Shown here in pieces: positions 56,714 to 64,000 of a stretch of DNA of 64,000 bases. This DNA is from Acetivibrionales bacterium. Its GTDB lineage: Bacteria; Bacillota; Clostridia; Acetivibrionales; DTU013. The notes below the pieces were generated by a model that was given only the letters and a program-made list of their open reading frames with translations, was not told the origin of the DNA and searched no databases. The position numbers and the translations under genes are program-made. Positions within the stretch are counted from its first letter, which is position 1. Each line of letters starts with the position of its first letter. The DNA lies in the NCBI GenBank assembly GCA_050952225.1, contig JBMNKL010000003.1:169846-233845 (forward strand). The letters run 5' to 3'.

Positions 56714-57703
56714 ATGAAAAAGATAATCCTTCCGGCTATTCTACTGTCGATGCTGTTGGCCGGATGCTCTATAAAGGCTGCTATTGGCGGTAATAACGGG
56801 GAAAAACCGGATGCCCCTTTGCCGGTGACAGGCGGAAGCGTGGCAAAAACACAAGAAGGAGAAATCAAATTTTATCCGACCTATGATGACAGGTATAAAA
56901 CCGGAAATAACGAGTATTTTGATTTCTGGTTTGATATTCCCGTTGACTGGAAAGCAGTCGACAAATCGGAGGACGGGTCAGTTTACGATATATTGCCGGG
57001 AAACGACAAGGTCGAAATAAAAATTTCCGGCGTCATGAAGGACGGGCCTGAAGAAGAGTTTTATGACAGCCTTGCAGGCAGCCGGGGTAAGGTTTCCGGT
57101 TTTGTATACAGGGACGGATGGGTCGGAAAACAGGTGGAAGTTTCAGAAAGTGAATCGTATTTTGTGCGTGTGGACGGTGACAGCTATATAGTATTGTATA
57201 TAAATGCGGCGAAAGACCCGGAATGGAAGAAAAGAAACGAGGAAAAACTAAATTATGTGGCACAGAGCGTAAGGATAACCAGGGAAAGCTACGGTAAAGG
57301 TTTTAACAGCGAAAATGCCATTACGCTTGATGATCTTCAGCTCGGTAACATCAGGGTTGATATGTCATATGAAGAATTTCTGCAAGTTATGGGACAGGAA
57401 CCGGAGCATGAAATTGTGGACGAGTATGAGGGTTTGCAAGCCAGGACGCTGTTTTTCAAGGATAATACCCAGGTATATATTGTAGATAATGTTGTTTACA
57501 CGATTAATGTTACAAGCCCGGAATATGCGACTCCGAGAGGCTTGAAAACGGGAGACGGGGAGGAACGGCTGCTTGAATTGTATGGTGAGCCGTCCGGTAA
57601 AGAAGACGGGATATGGGGATACTGTTATAACGGATATGAATTATTGACGTTTGTCGTCTCGGAAGGCAAAGTGGTTGAAATCCAGGCCGACGTGGGAATG
57701 TGA
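56714..57703 (+). CDS. Lipoprotein, function unknown
   Basis: 329 aa. The signal peptide has the lipobox LLAGC. Confidence 0.65.
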   Translation: MKKIILPAILLSMLLAGCSIKAAIGGNNGEKPDAPLPVTGGSVAKTQEGEIKFYPTYDDRYKTGNNEYFDFWFDIPVDWKAVDKSEDGSVYDILPGNDKVEIKISGVMKDGPEEEFYDSLAGSRGKVSGFVYRDGWVGKQVEVSESESYFVRVDGDSYIVLYINAAKDPEWKKRNEEKLNYVAQSVRITRESYGKGFNSENAITLDDLQLGNIRVDMSYEEFLQVMGQEPEHEIVDEYEGLQARTLFFKDNTQVYIVDNVVYTINVTSPEYATPRGLKTGDGEERLLELYGEPSGKEDGIWGYCYNGYELLTFVVSEGKVVEIQADVGM

Positions 57704-57816
57704 GAGCATTGGACCCATTTCCGGGAATTCTCATATAAATTTCTTTTCATAATAAATTACCTAAAGAATCCTGGTTCGGGAAACCAGGAAAAGATAGTAT
57801 GAAAGGGTTATGACGG

Positions 57817-58692
57817 ATGGATGATAAGGCGATGAAAGATTTTGACACAAGAGATAAAGAAGTTGAAAATATACGGGCGGCTGCCGCGTATATAAAAGAG
57901 CATGCCGTGGAAAAGCCGCAGAAGGATTGGCCGCAGATTGCCATAATGCTTGGCTCGGGACTCGGGCCGATTGCAGAAGCTTTGAAGGATGCCGTCGGAA
58001 TCGATTATGCATCCATACCCGGTTTTCCGCGCACGACCGTTGAGGGACATGCAGGAAAGCTGATAAGCGGCTCGCTGGCAGGAAAGCGCGTACTGGTTAT
58101 GAAAGGGCGCTTCCATTACTACGAGGGCTACGATATATCGCAAGTAGTATTTCATATCAGGGTTTTCAAATTGCTCGGCATATCCAACCTGCTTGTTACA
58201 AATGCCGCAGGCGGTATTAACGCAGGATTCAGACCGGGAGATTTGATGATTATAACAGATCACATCAGCTTGTTCGCACCGTCGCCGTTAAGGGGCAGGA
58301 ACCTGGATGAATTCGGCGTAAGGTTCCCTGACATGTGCAATGCGTATGACCGTGATTTGGTAAAAATGGCCCTGGAAACTGCGAAAGAGATTGGTGTACC
58401 GTTGAAAAAAGGGATATATGCTTTTGCGCAGGGCCCTATGTTTGAAACACCGGCCGAAATTAATGCGCTGCGTATACTTGGAGCCGACGCGATAGGCATG
58501 TCTACGGTCCCTGAGGTGATTGCGGCGCGCCATTGCGGGATGAAAGTCATGGGCATATCATGCATAACGAATATGGCGGCGGGAATGACGGACAAGCCCC
58601 CTGATCATGAAGAAGTGATACATACGGCCAGGATAGCCGAAAACAGTTTTACAAGGCTGGTTAATGACATCATGGCACGCTGGCCTGTCTGA
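57817..58692 (+). CDS. punA: Purine nucleoside phosphorylase (PNP/MTAP trimeric family)
   Basis: 291 aa. Motifs GRFHYYEGY, VTNAAGG and MSTVPEV. Confidence 0.88.
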   Translation: MDDKAMKDFDTRDKEVENIRAAAAYIKEHAVEKPQKDWPQIAIMLGSGLGPIAEALKDAVGIDYASIPGFPRTTVEGHAGKLISGSLAGKRVLVMKGRFHYYEGYDISQVVFHIRVFKLLGISNLLVTNAAGGINAGFRPGDLMIITDHISLFAPSPLRGRNLDEFGVRFPDMCNAYDRDLVKMALETAKEIGVPLKKGIYAFAQGPMFETPAEINALRILGADAIGMSTVPEVIAARHCGMKVMGISCITNMAAGMTDKPPDHEEVIHTARIAENSFTRLVNDIMARWPV

Positions 58693-58774
58693 CCGTGTGT
58701 CCCCTTTTATATAATGTCAGTGCGGTATTAAAGTTTTTACAATAAACATACTGATATTGTGGAGGTAAAGATGA

Positions 58775-60037
58775 ATGGTTAAATGTGACATCAGGGACAA
58801 GAACCTGGCGCCCGAAGGGAAATTGAGGATTGAATGGGCCGACAACCAGATGCCCGTTTTAGGAATGATAAGGGAAAGGTTTGCGAGGGAAAAGCCGCTG
58901 GCCGGCAAAAAAATGAGCTGCTGCCTGCATGTTACCACGGAAACCGCCAACCTTGTCCGGACGCTGAAGGAAGGCGGCGCCGACGTCGTATTGTGCGCTT
59001 CGAATCCGCTGTCCACCCAGGACGATGTTGCCGCGTCGCTGGTAGTGGATTATGGGATTTCGGTTTTTGCAAGAAAAGGAGAGGACAGGGAAACGTACTA
59101 CAAGCATCTTGTGGCGGCTATTGAGCATGGACCCGATATTACGCAGGATGACGGCTGCGACCTTGTAGGACTGTTGCATAAGGATTACGGCGACTCGTAC
59201 CTGAAAAATGTCATAGGAGGCACCGAGGAGACAACAACGGGAGTCATACGCCTGAAGAGCATGGAAAAGGACGGAGCGCTGAAAATACCGATTATCGCCG
59301 TTAACGAGTCCGAGACCAAGCACCTGTTTGACAACAGGTACGGGACGGGACAAAGCACGATTGACGGATTGTTAAGGGCCACCAATGTGCTGATTCCGGG
59401 GAAAAATTTTGTTGTATGCGGTTATGGCTGGTGCGGAAAAGGTCTTGCGATGAGGGCGAAGGGTATGGGCGCGAACGTTGTTGTAACTGAAGTCGACCAT
59501 ATAAAAGCCATCGAGGCCGTTATGGACGGCTTCAGGGTTATGAAGCTTGAAGACGCCATGAGTTTCGCCGATATTATTATAACTGTCACCGGCAATTTGA
59601 ACGTGGTTGACGAAAAGCATATAAGGCTTGCCAAGGATGGCGTAATTATCGCAAATTCCGGTCATTTCAACGATGAAATCAATATTGAAGCCATTGAAAG
59701 GCTGGCTGTTTCAAAGAGGGTTGTCCGTGAATTTGTCGAGGAATACACGATGAAGGACGGACGGAAAGTGTATCTGCTGGCCGAGGGCAGGCTTCTCAAC
59801 CTTGCCGCGGCCGAAGGCCATCCTGCGGTCGTGATGGATATGAGTTTTGCCAACCAGGCCCTGGGAGCGGAATATATCGTGAAAAATGCCGGCAGGATGG
59901 AGAACAGGGTTTACCTGCTGCCTAAAGAACTGGATCATGAAATCGCCAGGCTTAAGCTGGAATCAATGGGCATAACTATTGATATCCTCACGGAAGAGCA
60001 GGAAAAATACCTTGCATCCTGGCAGAGCGGGACATAA
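58775..60037 (+). CDS. ahcY: Adenosylhomocysteinase-family hydrolase (short, about 420 aa type)
   Basis: 420 aa. Motifs [24 protein letters not shown]-binding GYGWCGKG and GHFNDEI. Confidence 0.92.
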   Translation: MVKCDIRDKNLAPEGKLRIEWADNQMPVLGMIRERFAREKPLAGKKMSCCLHVTTETANLVRTLKEGGADVVLCASNPLSTQDDVAASLVVDYGISVFARKGEDRETYYKHLVAAIEHGPDITQDDGCDLVGLLHKDYGDSYLKNVIGGTEETTTGVIRLKSMEKDGALKIPIIAVNESETKHLFDNRYGTGQSTIDGLLRATNVLIPGKNFVVCGYGWCGKGLAMRAKGMGANVVVTEVDHIKAIEAVMDGFRVMKLEDAMSFADIIITVTGNLNVVDEKHIRLAKDGVIIANSGHFNDEINIEAIERLAVSKRVVREFVEEYTMKDGRKVYLLAEGRLLNLAAAEGHPAVVMDMSFANQALGAEYIVKNAGRMENRVYLLPKELDHEIARLKLESMGITIDILTEEQEKYLASWQSGT

Positions 60038-60074
60038 AGATATAAGCAGGCATTACCGCAAAGATGAAACGGAG

Positions 60075-61400
60075 ATGGAACGGATGAATATAATTATTGA
60101 AAACGTGGATATTCTCACGGGCGATCCGCTGGAGGACTATATAAAAGACGCTGATATCGGCATTGAAAACGGCAGGATATGCTTTATTGTTCCTTCCGGG
60201 AAGGCGCCCGTGAATTTCAAGGCGGACAGGAAAATAAACGGCAGGCACAGGCTGGCCATGCCCGGGCTTGCAAACGCCCACACGCATGCTGCGATGACGA
60301 TCATGCGAAACGCCGCCGACGACCTTCCATTGCACAAGTGGCTTTTTGAGAGAATATTTCCGATGGAAAACGTAATGACCGACGATGACGTGTACTGGGG
60401 AACCCTTTTGGGCGCTGCCGAAATGATCAAGTCAGGAACCACTGCGATAGCGGACATGTACCTGCATATGGACTATGTGGCTCAAGCCTTTGCAGGTACG
60501 GGGCTTAGGGTTAATCTGTCCAGGAGCCCGCTGGACTTTTACATGGAGGACGGCGAATTAAAGGCGAAAGATGTTTTTGAAGAATGCCGGAGGTATTTTA
60601 AAACCTGGAACGGCAGCGAAGAAGGGAGAATAAAGGTATATGTCGAGGTGCATTCAACTTACCTGTTCGATATTGAATCGCTGAAGCGTTCCGCATTATT
60701 GGCGAAAGAGCTCAATACAGGCATACATATACATCTTCTTGAAACCGCAAAGGAACGGAAGGACAGTTTTGATGCTTATAAAAAGTCGCCTGTTGAAATA
60801 TGCGCCGAAACGGGCATTTTTGACGTGCCGGTCATTGGCGCGCACCTGGTCCACGTATCGCAGGATGACATGGAAATGCTTGCAAACTACGGAGTTTTCG
60901 CAGCGCACAACCCTACAAGCAACCTCAAGCTTGGGAGCGGAATATCGCCTGTGCCGGAAATGCTGGATGCCGGCGTTACGGTTGCGCTTGGCACGGATGG
61001 AGCGGCCAGCAATAATAATTTAAATATGTTTGAAGAAATGCACCTGGCAGCGCTGATACATAAAGGCGTGGCGCAAAACCCGGAGCTTGTTTCCGCAAGG
61101 CAGGCTTTTGCAATGGCTACCGCAAATGGGGCCAGGGCAGCCGGTTTCGGGGATGAGACCGGGGTGTTGAAGGCAGGAATGAAAGCGGACCTGATCCTGA
61201 TTGATACCGACAAACCCCACCTTTACCCGCTGAACGACCCTTATTCGGCCATTGTATATTCGGCTCAGGGAAGCGATGTGGATACCGTTATCGTGGACGG
61301 CAATATACTGATGGAAAACCGGGAGCTTAAAACAATTGACGAAGAAAAAGTCAAGCATGAAGCCGATGCAATATCAAGACGCCTTGTGTATGGCCGATAA
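60075..61400 (+). CDS. mtaD: 5-methylthioadenosine/S-adenosylhomocysteine deaminase (amidohydrolase)
   Basis: The ORF is open from 59979; the likely start is ATG 60075 or 60084. Metal motifs PGLANAHTHAAM, HLLE and GTDGAASNN. Confidence 0.85.
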   Translation: MERMNIIIENVDILTGDPLEDYIKDADIGIENGRICFIVPSGKAPVNFKADRKINGRHRLAMPGLANAHTHAAMTIMRNAADDLPLHKWLFERIFPMENVMTDDDVYWGTLLGAAEMIKSGTTAIADMYLHMDYVAQAFAGTGLRVNLSRSPLDFYMEDGELKAKDVFEECRRYFKTWNGSEEGRIKVYVEVHSTYLFDIESLKRSALLAKELNTGIHIHLLETAKERKDSFDAYKKSPVEICAETGIFDVPVIGAHLVHVSQDDMEMLANYGVFAAHNPTSNLKLGSGISPVPEMLDAGVTVALGTDGAASNNNLNMFEEMHLAALIHKGVAQNPELVSARQAFAMATANGARAAGFGDETGVLKAGMKADLILIDTDKPHLYPLNDPYSAIVYSAQGSDVDTVIVDGNILMENRELKTIDEEKVKHEADAISRRLVYGR

Positions 61401-61502
61401 GATTTAACTATCCATGTTTGCGGCATATTCTTGCAAGGAATAGAAGGATTTTGACGAAATGTGTTGAATATAGACTATATTTTTTTCAGAGGAGGAAAGA
61501 TA

Positions 61503-62576
61503 ATGCAACTAAAAAACGATTACACTTATGCAATAGTTGTTCCAACAAGCATGGGTGTGCGTCTCACGCCCTTAAACCGTCAGCCGGTAAGCACCAGCGA
61601 CCTGTACGTGATGCGGTCGACGAGCGCCGAATCAAATGTGGTTAATATAGCGGCCTCGCTTGGCATGCGGGTAAAACTGCTGACGGCGTTTGTCAAGGAC
61701 AGCGAGATATCCAGGTATATAAAAGGTGAACTGCGAAAGAGGAACATTGAGTTTGAAGGCCCGGAAATACCGCAGGGAGGACCCTGGGGCTACCGGCACC
61801 AGTTCAACATCGCGGACTGCGGATATGGAATGCGCGGACCGCGTGTATTGAACGACCGCGCGGGAGAGGTTGGCCGGACGCTTAGCGCCAAGTATTTTGA
61901 CCTTGACAGGATTTTTGCAAAGGAGGGGGCAGCGATACTGCACTTGTCAGGCCTGATAGCCGCGCTTTCCCCCGAGACAAGCAATTTCTGCCTGGAACTC
62001 GCCCGCAAGGCAAAGGAGCATGGCACCCTGGTATCTTTCGATCTGAATTACAGGGCTTCGTTCTGGGTAAACCGTGAACGCGAACTTCGCGATACATTCA
62101 CCCGGATAGCAGCCATGTCGGATATTCTTCTCGGCAACGAGGAAGACTTCCAGCTTGCGCTGGGTATAGAGGGTCCTGAAGCAGGCGGAGTCGGTATCGC
62201 GAAAAAGATAGATGGTTTTAAGAAAATGATCGGGAAAGTCAAGGCTGAATACCCCAATGTGTCGGTATTTGCAACAACGCTGAGGGAAGTCCTGAGTGCA
62301 AATATGCACCTGTGGGGCGCAATTATGCTGTACAACGATGAATGGCATGTGATCGAGCCTCGGGAGATTCCCGTGTATGACCGTATCGGCGGGGGAGACA
62401 GCTTCGTGGGCGGACTGCTCTACGGAATATTGAAGCGCTGGGAACCTGAAAAGTGGCCGCAATTCGGATGGGCTACGGGGGCTCTGGTGGTCACCATGGT
62501 TGAGGATTACGCATCGCCTGTTGACGAAGCCCAGGTATGGAGTATATACGAAGGCAATGCCCGCGTGAAGAGGTAA
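61503..62576 (+). CDS. PfkB-family sugar kinase (2-dehydro-3-deoxygluconokinase-like)
   Basis: The ORF is open from 61461; AGAGGAGGAAAG precedes ATG 61503. The C-terminal motif is DRIGGGDSFVGGLLYG. Confidence 0.8.
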   Translation: MQLKNDYTYAIVVPTSMGVRLTPLNRQPVSTSDLYVMRSTSAESNVVNIAASLGMRVKLLTAFVKDSEISRYIKGELRKRNIEFEGPEIPQGGPWGYRHQFNIADCGYGMRGPRVLNDRAGEVGRTLSAKYFDLDRIFAKEGAAILHLSGLIAALSPETSNFCLELARKAKEHGTLVSFDLNYRASFWVNRERELRDTFTRIAAMSDILLGNEEDFQLALGIEGPEAGGVGIAKKIDGFKKMIGKVKAEYPNVSVFATTLREVLSANMHLWGAIMLYNDEWHVIEPREIPVYDRIGGGDSFVGGLLYGILKRWEPEKWPQFGWATGALVVTMVEDYASPVDEAQVWSIYEGNARVKR

Positions 62577-62600
62577 TTGATTTATTTAGATATATAGCGA

Positions 62601-62648
62601 AAAATATAGCGCGCTTCTTATCGGAAGCGCGCTATATTTTTGATTTTT
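62601..62648 (+). terminator. Strong rho-independent terminator after the kinase gene
   Basis: A 17-bp stem AAAATATAGCGCGCTTC/GAAGCGCGCTATATTTT with a 6-nt loop, followed by TGATTTTT. Confidence 0.85.
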
Positions 62649-62747
62649 ATCTCGAATATACGCCGGCAGCATACTTAAAAACCTTGATGAAATCACTGGT
62701 AAAGGATATGTTCATATTATTATTCCGGGAAAAATCAAAATTTTGTA

Positions 62748-62776
62748 TTGACATTATAACATTCGTGTTATATAGT
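62748..62776 (+). promoter_or_regulatory. Sigma-A promoter of the GntR-ABC operon
   Basis: TTGACA (62748-62753), 17-nt spacer, TATAGT (62771-62776). AT-rich near-palindromes (AATTAACTAA...CTAATTAATT) follow. Confidence 0.6.
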
Positions 62777-62872
62777 TAATTACATGGATAATGAACCAAT
62801 TAACTAATGAGCTAATTAATTATAACATTATGTGGCACAAAACATGCAAAGATGCAAGGGGAGGTGCGGGCA

Positions 62873-63238
62873 TTGATTCTTGACTTCAAGGATGATAAAC
62901 CGATATACCTTCAAGTCGCAGAAAATATTGAAAACGACATTTTAAAGGGCAATCTTGAAGAAGGAACCCAGGTTCCGTCGACCAACCAGATGGCAGTTAT
63001 GTATAAGATCAACCCGGCAACCTCGGGGAAGGGGATTAACCAGCTTGTCGACCGCGGTATCTTGTATAAAAGGAGGGGGATTGGGATGTTTGTCGCACCT
63101 GGGGCAAAAGAAAAGATAATAAATGAGCGAAAGAAAGAATTTTATAAAAAGCACATCGCTGCCCTGCTGGAGGAGGCAAGGATTCTTGGCATCAGGACGG
63201 ATGAAATAGCTGATATGATAAGAAAGGAAGGGGGATAA
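62873..63238 (+). CDS. GntR-family transcriptional regulator, YtrA subfamily
   Basis: The ORF is open from 62852; AAGGGGAGGTG precedes TTG 62873. The short form (about 120 aa) has the winged HTH PSTNQMAVMYKINPATSGKGINQLVDRGILYKRRGIGMFV. Confidence 0.85.
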   Translation: MILDFKDDKPIYLQVAENIENDILKGNLEEGTQVPSTNQMAVMYKINPATSGKGINQLVDRGILYKRRGIGMFVAPGAKEKIINERKKEFYKKHIAALLEEARILGIRTDEIADMIRKEGG

Positions 63239-63241
63239 AAA

Positions 63242-64000
63242 ATGAGCGGCTTTACACTGAAGGCTGGCAATCTAACCAAAAGATACGGAAGCGTTGAGGC
63301 GCTGAAGGATTTTTCGGTCAATCTTGAAGGCAATAAAATATACGGACTCTTCGGGCGCAACGGCGCCGGCAAAACCACTTTCCTGGACATCATCACCTCG
63401 AGGATATTCGCCGATGGCGGTGAGGTTTCTATTTTCGGCAAAAATGCCGTGGAGAACCAGGAGGTAATGTCAGATATCTGCTATATGCCGGAAAAAAGTT
63501 TATTCATAACATCCATGCGTATATCGGAGATTTTGAAATCGGCGGCAGCATTTTATGATAAATTTGATATGAGCTATGCGGAGAGCCTGTCAGAGAAGTT
63601 CGGCCTTAACCTGAAGAAAAAGTATAAAGCCCTTTCAAGGGGGTACGAGTCGATATTGCGCATAGTAATAGGCCTTGCTTCAAAGGCTTCGCTTACCATA
63701 TTCGACGAGCCCGTCCTGGGACTGGATGCGGCGGCAAGGGACATGTTCTACAGGGAGCTTCTCAGTGATTATACCGCAAATCCGCGTGCATTTATAATTT
63801 CAACCCACCTGGTTGAGGAATCCGCTGAAATATTTGAAGAAGCAATTATTATAAAAGAAGGCGAACTGGTTACGCACATGGCTGTCGACAAGCTGAAGGA
63901 CAAAGCCCGGTACGTGTCCGGAAAAGCTTCGGTGGTTGATCAGGCTGTTGCCGGGTTCAAAGTCGTACACAGCGAAATAATGGGGAATATCAAGGTGTGC
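63242..64000 (+). CDS. ABC transporter ATP-binding protein (partial, runs off the window)
   Basis: ATG 63242 lies 3 nt after the GntR stop. My own translation gives MSGFTLKAGNLTKRYGSVEALKDFSVNLEGNKIYGLFGRNGAGKTT..., open to the window end. The ORF track omits it because it has no stop. Confidence 0.85.
   Translation, partial: MSGFTLKAGNLTKRYGSVEALKDFSVNLEGNKIYGLFGRNGAGKTTFLDIITSRIFADGGEVSIFGKNAVENQEVMSDICYMPEKSLFITSMRISEILKSAAAFYDKFDMSYAESLSEKFGLNLKKKYKALSRGYESILRIVIGLASKASLTIFDEPVLGLDAAARDMFYRELLSDYTANPRAFIISTHLVEESAEIFEEAIIIKEGELVTHMAVDKLKDKARYVSGKASVVDQAVAGFKVVHSEIMGNIKVC

Noticed and set aside
58693-58774. SAH riboswitch upstream of ahcY.
   Set aside because: The gap is only 82 nt and AT-rich, and I could not find the GC-rich pseudoknotted SAH element. 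punA and ahcY may simply be co-transcribed.
1-64000. Mobile elements, prophage, CRISPR-Cas, restriction-modification or known defence-system genes.
   Set aside because: I recognised no integrase, transposase, recombinase, cas, methyltransferase-endonuclease pair or other defence hallmark in any frame. The only mobility-like signals are the AT-rich island at 40.8-42.1 kb and the 215-nt inverted-repeat element.

Overview
This is a chromosomal segment from a spore-forming, Clostridia-type Firmicute, judged from gene content and order. Hand counts put most genes at about 45-50% G+C.

Most of the window is conserved housekeeping:
- tRNA-Gln, an L,D-transpeptidase, RNase J, tyrS and tmcAL.
- An 11-gene priA-def-fmt-DUF116-rsmB-rlmN-stp-prkC-rsgA-rpe-thiN operon (8.4-21.1 kb).
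- infC-rpmI-rplT, with an ATT start and an L20-type leader.
- A punA-ahcY-mtaD SAH/MTA recycling cluster.

Accessory content includes a heterodimeric ABC exporter, a LiaS/NarL-type two-component system next to an ABC-2 exporter, and sporulation genes (SASP, CotF pair, Dac carboxypeptidase, DUF421/DUF4363, prkA-yhbH-spoVR). It also holds a DUF4080 radical-SAM gene, a stand-alone TrpB2, and sugar/oxidoreductase genes with AraC and GntR regulators.

The least explained region is 40.8-46.7 kb. It contains a strongly AT-rich orphan gene, then an orphan three-gene module of TadE/TadG-like pseudopilin proteins. No pilus ATPase, platform, pilin or prepilin peptidase lies anywhere in the window. The last of the three proteins carries an unassigned C-terminal domain.

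Other points of interest:
- A 215-nt near-perfect long-range inverted repeat between priA and def (structured RNA or MITE).
- A consensus promoter plus terminator/antiterminator leader upstream of the L,D-transpeptidase.
- A phased 8-nt x6 repeat and a GGA-rich leader upstream of the ABC exporter.
- A G-poor, C-rich tract at the end of the long operon.
- A 21-bp x11 in-frame tandem repeat gene.
- Seven genes carry 8 frameshifts and 1 nonsense codon; 7 of the 8 frameshifts are +1. This is either real gene decay or a systematic assembly error.

I recognised no CRISPR array, rRNA, transposase or integrase.
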